From: Schizochytrium sp. TIO01
Lineage: Eukaryota; Protista; Bigyra: Labyrinthulomycetes
Direction: 5' to 3'
DNA length: 64,000 bases
Assembly: GCA_004764695.1 (NCBI GenBank)
Contig: SMSO01000031.1
Location: 4,130,436 to 4,194,435, forward strand
In this document: positions 23,446 through 35,539 of the stretch, piece by piece
Position numbering within the stretch: the first letter of the stretch is position 1
Layout of the letters: each line of letters starts with the position of its first letter
The notes under the pieces: model-generated
What the model was told of the DNA's origin: nothing
Databases searched by the model: none
Seen by the model: the letters and a program-made list of their open reading frames with translations, nothing else
Translations under genes and position numbers: made by a program

Positions 23446-26400
23446 GACCTCCTACTATCAGACAACAGCAATTTACTGGATCCTCCAAACCTTACTACAA
23501 AGTCCTATCGTTTAGCAAAACGGACATTCCGCCGGCGAGCTAAGCTTGCTTAACTGCATAAAGCCCTAGGCTATTGAATGGTAATCCACAAGCGTACATA
23601 GTTGCCCCATGGGACCATAGCCTCTGCAGAAATACCAATCTCAAAGGGATCGATTCTTTGGTTTCTTTAGATTTTCCTGATTCGTAATTCCAAAGGAATG
23701 ACGATATTTTCGCCCAAACCGGAGATTAAACAATCGGACAAGCAGAATGATCTCGTGTTGTGTGAAATCCAATGTTTTCAAATCTAGAATCGCTTGAAGG
23801 GCTGAGAGATACAGAACTTGGCTTCAAATTGAAGTGTTGTGGGGGCCTACATCTCTCAAACGTTGTTCAATTTTTGCGGGGCACATTCCCTCATTTAATA
23901 AGTACTATATCAATACACATTGATATTTACTGTTAAGGAGATGGGCGCGTCGCTGGCAAGCCCAATATGTACTTGTATACTCGACTGATAATCCAAGCTG
24001 CCACGCTCCAGGCGGACATTTTTTAAAATTGCGAAACGTTTAGTTCTTCAACTATCCATTCGCCCTTGAAGCTCTACTCTTTGGTCATGATAGTACAATG
24101 CAGATGTCTCTCAATGACACTGCTCGGTAAGACCGTTATAAACTCAATTCCCTTTGAGGAGGTAGGAGTGGAATCGGTTATCTGTCGATCCTGACTATGT
24201 GGTTTTTGCGAAGCCAGCGGCAATGTTGAGACAGACAGTGATGGCCTGTCTATGCTGCTTTCTAAAATGGTATGCTCCATTATTGCATGGGTCTAGCGCA
24301 TCCAACTGGGTCTCACGCATTGTTGCAAATATCGTCCTATGTGTCGAGAAGATGGCTGAAGGAAAAGTATACTATCTCGGAATGTCAGAACTCACATAAG
24401 AAGAAGGATGCATATACTTCTTCTGCTTGCTTGCAGGTTTGCAAGTTGTAGAGGAAGAAATGTCAAATTGTAGCCCTTTGAAGCTCCACCAGGTAAGTTA
24501 CACAAGGGACATAAAATATTTGAGGTGATAGACTATGTTTTCCATCCTTCGTTAAATAAAAGGAAAGGATCAACGATTTCTTCTCCTGAACCGTCCAAAA
24601 TGGTGACTAATAAAAAGGCTGCGGAGAAATCAATCAGTTAAGGTGAAACGCTGTTATTTGACCCCTGGTAATGTAAATTGCGTGGTCCACTAGCACGGAT
24701 TTGTGTTGGGGTATACCTATATGTGGTATGCCGTGACGCTGTTGATTTTGGTACCTAGAAACGCGGGTGTGTAATAATCTAAACGACACACAAAGCAAGC
24801 TCATTGCGATACACTCCGATGATTAACCATGCATTTGCATTCCAATGCTTCCCTCCTGCACTTTACTATTTAAAAAGAATAGACTGATAATTATACGTAC
24901 CCGTTTCCCTTGATTAGTTTTAATCTGCGTGTGTTGACCAAGAAAAATCAACTGACTCATCCTCTTTGTCGAAGTCCTCGACATGACCTCATAATAGCCT
25001 AATACCTACCGTCCACTCTCGTAAAAGACATTCGTCCCACGCGCACAAATGAAAGGTCAGTGAATAAAAACTATGGAATGCTTTGCACCAAGCAAAAGTA
25101 GTACAAAGCTGCTATCTAATCGAAGAGAAATATGTAAACTATGGTACTCCCAATCCACAATACAATGTCCATCAGGCTGAAATACGAACTTTCAATTGTC
25201 CAAGGCTTCTTTTTCAGCATGATCCTGAAGTTCCTCGTCAACTCCTTTATAATTTACATCGATTCTGCTGTTAGACTCGGGCGGACCTTGCAGCTGCAGA
25301 GCTACGATTAAAGCACATCTACCAAGTGAATGATGCTCCTGCCGCTTTTGTGTTGGGCTTCACATTGCAAACTGGCCACGATGAGCCCTCCAGGATCCAG
25401 GCTATCAAGATGACAGGCTGACGAGGCTCAGAAGAATCCCAAGCTTCCTTCTTTTCTCTCTCTCTTTTTTTTTTTTAATGCTACTTTACTACGATTTTGT
25501 AATGTTGCAGTCGGTCAATTCAATCTCTTGCGCAAGAACCATTTGCAAGCCTATCCTGTTGAGGCTACAACTCCGTGAAGTGGACAAGCTATCGTGGAGG
25601 ACAGGTACTAGCAAAAGGAGCTCAACGTGCGGACCGAAGACCGGCTAGCACCGATCTTCTTCAAGCGTTTGGATTTACAGTAATAGGTACATACGACCTG
25701 CTCGCAGTTGCGCCTCTTTCTTTAGCCACTGGAGGGCCGACTTGTTGCCGAAGATTGTTCACCTCTGCGCCGCCGATTGACTGATCGTAAGGACGGGCTG
25801 AACTGAGTTGAGTGCAGAGTTTGGCTATGGTTAGTACACTGGCAAGTGCCAACCAAGTGATTTTGGCCGACTGCATAACAGTTGTCATTCAAGTTGCCAA
25901 AGATGAGATGCACTAGGAGTTCCTACCTGGCAGGTAAGTATCGAGTTCTTTTCTTTCCTACTGTAATTCCTCCACTCTGTATGAGAAGTGGGGACAAGTG
26001 AAAGGTAGGCGAATAGGTCTTTGATTACAATGTCCAGGAGGCGCAGAACTGGCAACTCGATGACAACGAAGAAGCAATCTGAATTACCGCTGCTTGCTTG
26101 GCGGAGATCCCCAGAAAACGTTCTCGTAGCTGACAGCTTGGTTGAACATAAGAATATCAAGCGGGTGGGATCTGGTATAGTTTGGAGTGGTATAGCAAGG
26201 TGGGTAGTATTTGGTATGCATGCCACCAGGTTGATCTACAATTCCAAAGTGGCTAGAGTTCCGGCCGGATCATAGTTTCTATGGATTTTCGTAACGAAGG
26301 CTTATAGCAAACCCAGTGGGAAGCTCCACGTTCTTCCATCTTTCTTTGAATACTAAGACGAAGTCAAGATGAGCGCTCCATACTCACCGCCCCCAAGAGG

Positions 26401-26620
26401 GTAGCCAAATTCCTAGCTTCGAGTAAGCGCAAAGGCAAACGAAAAAAATTCTGATAACCTGCTTACGCAAATTGTTCTTAATGGTCAGTCAATAAACTAG
26501 GCAAGAAGTCAGCCAACCCAAACACTCGTCCAAGACGGTGAGCAAACTCGCAAGCCGCAGCACACCTGCAAACGCATTTCCAAAGCAAGTCGCTTGCGCT
26601 CCTATCCTTTGTTAAGCACA

Positions 26621-27970
26621 ATGAGTCGCTTCGTTCGCGCAAGTAAGGTCAGGCACGTCTACTGCGAGCCTGCCAAGCAGGAATTTCAATACCATGGTCT
26701 TCGTACCAGCTCGGCCACAGGTGATCACAACTACATCAAGGCCAACACTGTTTTTATGGCTTATGCCGTGACAACAGGAGGTGGCGCTCTTACTGTTGTT
26801 CCTCTCGAGGATTGCGGAAAGCTCAACCCATGCCTCCCGGTTCTTGATGGTCACAAGGGTGCGGTTCTCGACTTTGACTTTAACCCTTTCAATGAGTACA
26901 TGCTTGCCACGGGTGGTGATGACTGCACTGTCAAGGTTTGGGGAATTCCTCCCGGAGGGCTTAAGGATAACATTGTGGACCCTTTGGTGAATTTGGCTGA
27001 GCACCAGAAGAAGGTAACCGTTGTGCGCTATCATCCGAGTGCTGAAAACGTACTCGCTACAGGATCTGCCGATGCCACTGTAAAGATTTGGGATGTTCAA
27101 CGTGGAGAGTGTGCCGCGACAAATGCTGACAGCACCCAACTTCTTCAAGATGTGGTTTGGAGCTACGATGGCTCGATGCTTGCTACTTCGGCGAAGGATA
27201 AGTACCTTCGCATTGTCGACCCGCGCAACGGAGAGACAACCGCCAAAGTCATCGCTCATGACGGAGCTAAAACCTCTAAGCTCACCTTCCTCGGTAAGGA
27301 TGGTCGTTTGTGTAGTGTAGGCTTCACTCGTAGCAGCAAGCGTCAGTTTAAGATCTGGGACCCTCGTCAGCTCTCTGCACCTATTGCTACTTGTGACATT
27401 GATCAAGCTGCTGGTGTAATCATGCCGTTTTACGACGAAGGCACCAACTTGCTCTACCTAGCCGGTAAAGGTGATGGCAACATTCGCTACTACGAAGTCA
27501 CCGACGAGGCACCGTACCAATACCACGTTGGGGACTACCGTGCCTCCTCGCCAGCCAAGGGTATGGCCATGGTCCCTAAACGTAGCTGCGATGTCGTCAA
27601 ATGCGAGGTTGCGCGTTTCCTTAAGCTCACCAAGGACTCTGTTGAGCCCCTCTCATTTATTTGCCCGCGTAAGTCAGACGTCTTTCAGCCTGACCTTTAT
27701 CCGGATGATTACGCTGGCAAGGCTGCGATTTCTTCAGAGGAGTTTTTCGCTGGCAAGAACGCTGAGCCCATTCTTGCTTCTCTTGACCCTAAGGACCGCG
27801 CCACTCAGGAGGGAGTTGAGCCTGTTGCCACAACCTTTAAACCGCTCAAGTCTGCACGCGAGCTCGAGGCCGAGCTTACCTCTGCCAAGGAGTACATTGA
27901 CACTCTCAAGGATTGCCTCCAGAAACACGCCATTGACGTTCCGCATGCGCCTTCCACGCTCATGGCATAA
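26621..27970 (+). CDS. Coronin (actin-binding WD40 protein)
   Basis: MSRFVRASKVRHVY start, WD40 repeats, LAGKGDGNIRYYE, PRKSDVFQPDLYPD and a C-terminal coiled coil. Confidence 0.96.
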   Translation: MSRFVRASKVRHVYCEPAKQEFQYHGLRTSSATGDHNYIKANTVFMAYAVTTGGGALTVVPLEDCGKLNPCLPVLDGHKGAVLDFDFNPFNEYMLATGGDDCTVKVWGIPPGGLKDNIVDPLVNLAEHQKKVTVVRYHPSAENVLATGSADATVKIWDVQRGECAATNADSTQLLQDVVWSYDGSMLATSAKDKYLRIVDPRNGETTAKVIAHDGAKTSKLTFLGKDGRLCSVGFTRSSKRQFKIWDPRQLSAPIATCDIDQAAGVIMPFYDEGTNLLYLAGKGDGNIRYYEVTDEAPYQYHVGDYRASSPAKGMAMVPKRSCDVVKCEVARFLKLTKDSVEPLSFICPRKSDVFQPDLYPDDYAGKAAISSEEFFAGKNAEPILASLDPKDRATQEGVEPVATTFKPLKSARELEAELTSAKEYIDTLKDCLQKHAIDVPHAPSTLMA

Positions 27971-28691
27971 GCAAGCCAGCTTGTGCATGGTTTATAACCT
28001 TTGTTTTTACACCATCAGATTCACTTCAGTAAGCGGATCAAAGCACATTGCTTGACCTTCTGCTCGAATTCTCGACGTTGTCATGCCAATTCCAGATCAT
28101 TTTGCCCATACCTAAATCAAATGAATAGTCATTTTCCCCATCGTTTTAAGATTTAGAACCACGCATCATCTCATTCCACAGCAATTTCCTATCATCGGAA
28201 TAAACTTGAACTAGCAATAAATCCTTCGAAATTCGTCCGAGTAAAGTTCTTTGTGAAACCAACTTAGGTCTCGCATATGGTTCTCCTCTGCTCGAATTCC
28301 GGTGCCTAATCACATAACAGATGTATTTATTCCTTGCCTAGGACCAATATTTATCCTCTCCATTGTTTTATTTACTACCAAGTGTGGTCTTATTTAAGAC
28401 ATCAATTCCCGAATTACTTCTGCTAAAAGCACAGAGAGGCAGAGGCAGCGCCGCAACCTAAATCGCTTGTAGCAATTTAACATCTCGAGCAATTCGGACT
28501 TGGTTCTAGCTCTGTCTAGCATAACGCTATACCATGAGTAAAGCAATTGAAGCAATTCATCTGATATTACCTAGGTATCCTATTAAGCCTATAGGTACTA
28601 GAGAGTGCCTCCTCTTCTCCTTCCTTTGTTCTTCGGCAGATCTCGAACTTGGACGGCCGAGACGGACGCTCTTCTTCAACGCGAGCAAATA

Positions 28692-30549
28692 ATGGAGGTT
28701 TCTAGCGCGGACCAGCTCCGCGAGGCGCTGACTGCTAACACGGTACGTGGGTTCTTTTTGTCGACTTCCTTCGCGGCACCGACGAACTCTAGGGCCTGAG
28801 TCGAGGTGGGGTTGGATGGCTGCGGAGCCAGACTCCCTTTAGATGGAGTGGTGCCTGGGTAGTGCAAAGCATGCATTGTTGTTATTTGAGCAGGGAATGA
28901 AGGAAGTCTGCATTGTTCAAAAGTGAAATGTGTTCTGGGTTTCAAGACGACGCTGGGGTTGTCCGGGTAATGCCTGGTGTTGATCGGACTACTTGGTGGT
29001 TGCGCTGACAATATCTTGTTGACAATTTATATGATCTTTAGATGATGGGTTGGTGACGTAGACTTGTAGACCTGTCAGCATTTGAGGAGCTGGTATGTGT
29101 ATATGATGTAGTAGACAAAGACTGACCGTGTTATATATGAATTGGTAACTTGCAAATTACATGCATTATAATTTATGGATTCAATGTTCATAGAGCGCTT
29201 TGGTGGTGGTTTACTTTTGGGCTGACTTCCATGAGGCCTGCAAGCCTGGTGGCCAGATGGACCAGGTGATTTCTCTGCTCCAAGGCCGCCACGGATCTGC
29301 AGTCAAGTTTCTCAAGGCCGAGGCCGAGAATGTTTACGAGGTTGCTGAGGGGCTTGGTGTCTCCATGGTCCCGTCATTTGTTCTCCTCGCAAAGGGCAAG
29401 AAAGTTGACATGGTTGAGGGCGCCAACCCGCAGAAGCTCCAAATGGCTATTGAGAAGAACTTGAGCCTTGCTAGCAAGCCTGCCGCTGGTGGCCCGGCTG
29501 CTGCTTCTCCTGGTTCTGGGAATGCGCCTGCTGGACTTCCCGCTGGTGCTGCAGCCCCGGCTGCCCCAGTTGGTGCTAATGAGGAGCTTGAGGCCCGCCT
29601 TCGTCGCCTTACACAGTCTGGCCCTGTGGTACTCTTCATGAAGGGTTCCCCGGCTGAACCGCGTTGTAAGTTTAGCCGCGCAATCGTGGAGCTTCTTAAT
29701 GAGAAGCAGGTTCGCTTTGTATCCTTCGATATTCTTCAGGACCCGGCAGTTCGCGAGGGCCTCAAGGCTTTTGCCAACCACCAGACTTATCCCCAACTTT
29801 GGGTTGCTGGCAAGCTTGTTGGCGGTCTCGATGTCGTAAAGGAAATCGCTGCCAAGGACGATGGCAAGGGCCTCCAGGCACTCCTCGTGGAAGCTGCTAA
29901 CGCTGAGGCTCCAAAGCGTAAGCCCGCCGCTCCGGCCCCTGTTGTTGATGACGAGTACCTTCGTAAGCTTACTTCATCTGCGCCGGTTCTTCTCTTCATG
30001 AAGGGTTCTCCGGACACTCCTCGTTGTGGTTTCAGTGCAAAGATCGTTGGTCTTTTGCAAGAACATGGCATCAAGTTTGATACTTTTGATATCCTGGAAA
30101 ACGAGGATGTTCGTCAAAACCTCAAGACTTTTGCTAACTGGCGCACTTACCCGCAGCTCTGGGTGAATGGTTCTCTTGTTGGTGGCCTCGACATTGTTCA
30201 GGAAATGGCCGAGTCTACTGACGATCTTGCCGACGAGCTTGGCATTGTGCCTCTCGAGAAGCGCCTGGAGGCTCTTGTGAACCAGTCACCCAACATGCTC
30301 TTTATGAAGGGTGTTCCTGACGAGCCTCGCTGCGGTTTCTCTCGAAAGATTGTTGAGATCCTGAGAAACGAGGGTATTGCTTTTGAATCTTTTGATATTC
30401 TTGAGGATGAGGAGGTTCGCCAAGGTCTCAAGGACTTTGCCAACTGGCGCACCTTCCCCATGCTTTTTAGTAATGGCAAGCTTGTTGGCGGCCTTGACGT
30501 TGTGCGTGAGCTCCAGGAGGAGGGCGAGCTCAAGGACTCTGTCGCATAA
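28692..30549 (+). CDS. Multidomain monothiol glutaredoxin (PICOT/GLRX3/GRXS17-like): thioredoxin-like domain plus three Grx domains
   Basis: Exon 1 is 28692-28742, a phase-0 intron spans 28743-29193 (GTACGT...CATAG), and exon 2 is 29194-30549. WADFHEAC Trx-like site; Grx sites CKFS, CGFS and CGFS, each with T(Y/F)P and GG motifs. Confidence 0.93.
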
Positions 30550-31502
30550 AGGGATCCATTAATGCGATACACTCTTGTATGTTGGGAGGCTAGATGCAAT
30601 TTCGCTCTTAACCAAGCTCAGTCTCTTGAATAGATCTAAATTTTTGACACGCATGTTTCATTTTTCTTTTGCTTTTATATAATATATCGATTGTTGAATA
30701 TTCTCAATGCAGGTTTTTTTTGCTCAACCATATTTGATAGCGCAAACCTTGGGGCATCATTCCTATAAAATTGTTTCTTCTTAACCAAAAAACATAATTT
30801 CTTAAATTCCTATCATATTACACGGTATATCACAGCGGTTCCTTGGCACTTCAAGTCTTCCATTATGAAATTCGCGAGATGTCCTCTTCTTTCCTTGTGA
30901 ACATGTTGCAAGATGGCATCTCAGACAATCTCATATATGGTGAGCAAAGTCAGTGCTACCCTTTTGTATGTCAGTGCTATCATTTTGAAACATCACAGTG
31001 CAAGCCTGAACAGGCTATGATGACGTACTTACCCGTTGTGTTTCAATTGTTTTGTTGTGATTTCACTCTGCAATTATTAACAACACCTCCTAGTAGATCT
31101 TTGGGTTTACCTTTTATCGCCCTCGAGCTGCCTTTGCGCAATTCCGTGCAAAGGTGGCGAGCAACAAAGGTGGCATGGTTACGCTTGCAGGGGATCAACT
31201 AGCTTACTGGAATTCCTAGAAGAGAACTGCTAACATTAGTACTAACTCAACTACTACACACCCACTCTTGACAAGAGAAAGATAATTGTTGAGGATTTCC
31301 TCAATCTTGGATAACTTTTAAACAGGCAAGCAGCAATCACATAAAAACAAGTCTTCGGTAAATCGAAAAAAGACTCGAAGATTTGATCCAAAGCGACAAA
31401 GCGAGTTCGTAAAACGGCAACAACGAAACGTGTGAGACCTTTGCAAGCGCTTTTCAGGTTTAGCCTCGATCTGTGAGAACTTGAAAAGCAGAAGATACAA
31501 CA

Positions 31503-33059
31503 ATGATGCACGCTAGTGTGCAGAGAGTTCGGGCTGCTACTGCCAGAGCTCCGGCGCGTTTGGTTGCTGCACAGTATGGAAATTGGAAACATGGTTATGC
31601 TGCCCCTGGTCGCTGCCTTAGCAGCTCACCTTCCTCAGTTCTTGAAGTTGATGATCCGTACACAGGTAAAACCTACTGCAAGGTGAACATGATGGGGGAT
31701 GCTGCGGTGTCCAAGCTCATCGACAATGCTTCTTTGGCGCAAACAGAGTGGAAGCATTCTAGTCTCGAGGACCGCATTGCGATTATAAAGAAGTTCCTTG
31801 ATTACTTTGAGAAGCATGAGGATGAAATTGTACAGGATATCACAGGGCAAATGGGCAAGCCCCTCGCTCATTCCAAAGGTGAAATTCGTGGCTTACGAGA
31901 GCGCACGATCGCCATGATGGACCTCGCGCCAAAAGCCTTAAACCCGTATATTCTCGGGGAGACCACAAACAATAAAGACACTGAGCACTTTAAGCGCTCA
32001 ATTCATCGCGAGCCCGTTGGTATCGTCCTCACCTTAGCCCCGTACAACTACCCTCTGCTAACAGCTGTGAACTCCATCGTTCCGGCTGTTCTAGCTGGTA
32101 ATGCAGTTGTTGTTAATCATGGTTTCCGCACGCCGCTAATCTCCGAGCACTTTGAACGGGCATTTGCTCACGCAGGCGCCCCTAAAGGCCTTGTAGCATC
32201 TCAAAAGTGCGAATACGACGTACTTCACAAAAGTATCCGTGCCGGCCTGTACGATTTTGTAAGCTTCACAGGGTCTGTTGAAGGTGGCACGCTTGTACAA
32301 GCAAGTGTAGCTGCCTGCGCTCCCAAAAAGTTCATTGACTGCACCCTTGAGCTTGGAGGTAATGACGGTGCTTACGTCGCTGAGGATGCCGATCTCAATA
32401 TCGCGGCTGCTACTATTGTAGATGGTGGCCTCTTCAATGCTGGCCAGTCGTGTTGTGGTATGGAACGTGCTTTTGTGCATGAGAAGGTCTATGACAAGTT
32501 CATTGAGCTTGCTCGTGAAGAATACAAAACCGCTTACGGCAATGTTGGTGATCCTCGTGATGCGAGTACCGCGATGGGCCCAATGGCTCAGCCGCAGGCC
32601 ATCCCACAACTTGCCAATCTTGTGGCAGATGCCAAAGCGAAGGGTGCAACTGTTGTTCTTGGTGGAAAGACTGACGAGTTTGCTGGGAAGTCTTCTCCAC
32701 GGATTTTCAGCCCGACCCTCCTTGCGGATTGTGATGCGAGCATGAAGATCATGTTTGAAGAATCCTTTGGACCTGTCATTGCAGTTCAAAAGGTCAGCTC
32801 TATGGACGAGGCCATTGCGGGAGTGAATGCTTCAAAGTATGGACTCACCTCAGCCATCTTCACCAACAAGGAGTCAAAGGCTGAGCAGTATGCTAACGCA
32901 GTGGACGTTGGCACGGTGTTCATGAATCGTGCGGACTACCTTGACCCCTACATGCCCTGGCAGGGTCGCAAAGCTACTGGTAAGGGCCTGTCGCTTTCTC
33001 ATCTCGGATTCAATGCGTTTACTCGTCTTAAAAACCACCACTTTAAACTCTTAAAGTAG
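31503..33059 (+). CDS. Aldehyde dehydrogenase, probably mitochondrial
   Basis: PYNYP, FTGSVEGG, catalytic LELGG and FNAGQSC, EESFGP. Arg/Ala/Ser-rich N-terminal presequence. Confidence 0.94.
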   Translation: MMHASVQRVRAATARAPARLVAAQYGNWKHGYAAPGRCLSSSPSSVLEVDDPYTGKTYCKVNMMGDAAVSKLIDNASLAQTEWKHSSLEDRIAIIKKFLDYFEKHEDEIVQDITGQMGKPLAHSKGEIRGLRERTIAMMDLAPKALNPYILGETTNNKDTEHFKRSIHREPVGIVLTLAPYNYPLLTAVNSIVPAVLAGNAVVVNHGFRTPLISEHFERAFAHAGAPKGLVASQKCEYDVLHKSIRAGLYDFVSFTGSVEGGTLVQASVAACAPKKFIDCTLELGGNDGAYVAEDADLNIAAATIVDGGLFNAGQSCCGMERAFVHEKVYDKFIELAREEYKTAYGNVGDPRDASTAMGPMAQPQAIPQLANLVADAKAKGATVVLGGKTDEFAGKSSPRIFSPTLLADCDASMKIMFEESFGPVIAVQKVSSMDEAIAGVNASKYGLTSAIFTNKESKAEQYANAVDVGTVFMNRADYLDPYMPWQGRKATGKGLSLSHLGFNAFTRLKNHHFKLLK

Positions 33060-35073
33060 ATTTAGCTGAAAGCCGCTGTAACGAACAAGGGGCAAACCCG
33101 GTTTTCTTTCTCTTGTGTGTGATACGGTTTGAATCTCTTTTCTTGTGTGCGAGGTCTTGCGTTGACAGAAGTAGTCTTACATTGCTCACTACAGTAGTCC
33201 AAGAGTGCGGTGAAAGAAAGTGCAAGGAGTCTTCGGCGACGTCCCGAGTAAGTATCTTGCGTTTCTTGTTTGTTGATGTATGTCGCAGAAAGAGACCCTC
33301 AGGGCTTGCTCTATGTGTAGGTTGAACTATATCGTAATTCATGTGAATACTATGAGCTTTACTTAAATGAGTTGTCTCTTGTGTGTCAGAGGGATATATC
33401 TCGACATCCTCACGTTCCTTTTCGTCGTTGTCCTCAGGCAAGGTAGCACAGTCATCCAACTCTTCCCCGTTCTCATTTTCATTTTTGGCGGTTCCATGTA
33501 CTGAATGATTCTCATCAGCATTCAGTGATGTATGAGCAGCAGGTATATCTTCACCGGCACCTCTGCTTACCCTACTTTCTTGATCTTGAACGAGTATTGC
33601 AGCACTTGTTACCTCTGCGTAAAACTCGTCACCTTCTCCATTCAAATCATGCATTTGCTTTAGCGAATCAAGTGCAGAAACTTTAAACCTGATCGGAGAT
33701 TCTTTATTAAAGCTTGGCGATAGAGTGAGTACTATGGAGGTGTTCTTTCTAGTAGGATCTATAGAGTCTTCTTTTACTTCGGTTGGGACAGATTTTCCGA
33801 ATAGTGCCATATCTGGCGAGTTTTTAGCCTCGAGTTGAACATTGCTGCGACTACTTACCTTACTTGTTTGCGCAGGCGCAGCAATGTTTTGACTTAATAG
33901 TGGGCATGACGTTGCTCCGATCTTGTCAGCAGCATCACTGTCCGAACTCCAAACGTCTGGATCATCGTCGTCTTCACTGCTGGTACTAATTAGTTCGACT
34001 TCGTTGTTCGTGATAGATGAGTTTGCCTGATTTGGCTGCGGAGTAACTGGTGGACGATTTCCCAACCTTGAACCTTGTTGTTGTTCAGAATAATTATGTT
34101 GTGGATGTCTAGGATATTCAACTCTTGCGATCGATATGGCGCTAGACGTTCTACCTCCGTGTAAAGTAGATTGGTTGGACAAAGTTTGAGATTTAAGTTC
34201 ACTATTTCTTTCATGCCGACCTTCTGAACCATGTATGAATTTCTTTCCTTCGTAATCACCAAGTTGAGTGCGCTTGCTATCGTATGGCAAGTTTGAGGCA
34301 GACTCTGCACTTTCATTCAACACCGAAACAATATGAGAAATCACTGCCCCTCGAACATGCTCGATTTCTTCAACTCCTATCTCATCATCGTCTTCCTCAA
34401 CCAAATCTTTGGACTCCTCCATTTTACTTTTCCCATTCTCGCTTAGGACTGTCATGGCATCCGCATCAACATCTTTTAGCCTTTCGTTTGCGAGCTCTCG
34501 AAGATTCTCGTTATTTTTCTGCAACAAATCTGTCGATGGGGAAACCAATGAAGAAGAAGAAGAAGATGTGCTGGAGTCTGAATCAGAACTGATGGAAAGG
34601 TCAGCAAATGACAGAAGTTCATCATCCTGGCGTTTAAACTCATCTACAAGAGATACTACTGGAGGGGTTGCTAAATTGAGCGTTTCATTACGCTCGTGAT
34701 GTATCTCATTGCTTGCACCAGTTTTGAAAAATGACGCAACTTGCAGCGATGCATTGAATCTCACAGATGGTGCACGAAGACTGCGGCCGTAGACGCGTTC
34801 TCCCGATTTCCGATGAACCGTCCCAGCAAGCCTTGGAGCCACAAAGTCCTCATCTAGGTCACCTCGAGGCCTCCTTGCAGCATTGTGTAGACGAAGACTT
34901 TTGCGAGCAAGCTGTCGTCTCTGGCCTGACCCATGGCCTTGACTGTGGCGAAAGTGGGTAGAGGTGGCGGATGCATGCGCCTCTGCACGAGCCTGTAGGT
35001 CGGCTCCACGAGGTACCAAGCTTTCAATAAGTCTGGTTTTCTTTTGAAACCGTGACCCTTGAATCTTGCGCAT
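33043..35073 (-). CDS. Uncharacterised low-complexity/disordered protein
   Basis: Long open frame (about 676 aa from the first ATG at 35073), rich in S/E/D. No recognised domain. Confidence 0.6.
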   Translation of the reverse strand: MRKIQGSRFQKKTRLIESLVPRGADLQARAEAHASATSTHFRHSQGHGSGQRRQLARKSLRLHNAARRPRGDLDEDFVAPRLAGTVHRKSGERVYGRSLRAPSVRFNASLQVASFFKTGASNEIHHERNETLNLATPPVVSLVDEFKRQDDELLSFADLSISSDSDSSTSSSSSSLVSPSTDLLQKNNENLRELANERLKDVDADAMTVLSENGKSKMEESKDLVEEDDDEIGVEEIEHVRGAVISHIVSVLNESAESASNLPYDSKRTQLGDYEGKKFIHGSEGRHERNSELKSQTLSNQSTLHGGRTSSAISIARVEYPRHPQHNYSEQQQGSRLGNRPPVTPQPNQANSSITNNEVELISTSSEDDDDPDVWSSDSDAADKIGATSCPLLSQNIAAPAQTSKVSSRSNVQLEAKNSPDMALFGKSVPTEVKEDSIDPTRKNTSIVLTLSPSFNKESPIRFKVSALDSLKQMHDLNGEGDEFYAEVTSAAILVQDQESRVSRGAGEDIPAAHTSLNADENHSVHGTAKNENENGEELDDCATLPEDNDEKEREDVEIYPSDTQETTHLSKAHSIHMNYDIVQPTHRASPEGLFLRHTSTNKKRKILTRDVAEDSLHFLSPHSWTTVVSNVRLLLSTQDLAHKKRDSNRITHKRKKTGFAPCSLQRLSAKSTLRV

Positions 35074-35539
35074 GATATTTTCAGTTTTAGATTTGAAATC
35101 CTCAGTTCTTCTACTAAATTTGAAGAATTTCAAATTTCAAACTCCAAACTTGATCTTGGGAATTTGAAAACGGATTGCGCAATTTAGGCTCTAAATTCTA
35201 AAAGTAAAAGTAACTTTGATAATGCAGCTTCATGAGTTTCTTAATTGCTAGATACTTAAGTATGATAGTCCGAATTTGTTGATTAGTCAAAGCGAACTGG
35301 GGATACCTACGTGCGTAGTGCTGAGAATATGATCGCAGGAGTAATCCTCCTAGCTAAACTGAATCTAAATTATCTTACACGGATGATTGATAAATTGTTA
35401 TAAGAAAGGTCGAGTAAAGTGGCCACAAGAAGAAAGTCTTTCGTTCGCGCATGTTTTCCGGGAGATTTGTTCTGTTCTACTCTGCAGGGCATATTAAAAG
35501 TAAAAGTCATTATAAGGGGGTCATTTCTTCTAAGAAGGC

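Noticed and set aside
26612-27406. Long antisense ORFs over coronin, ALDH, glutaredoxin and the 60.6-61.7 kb gene
   Set aside because: Shadow frames caused by the codon bias of the real genes on the opposite strand.
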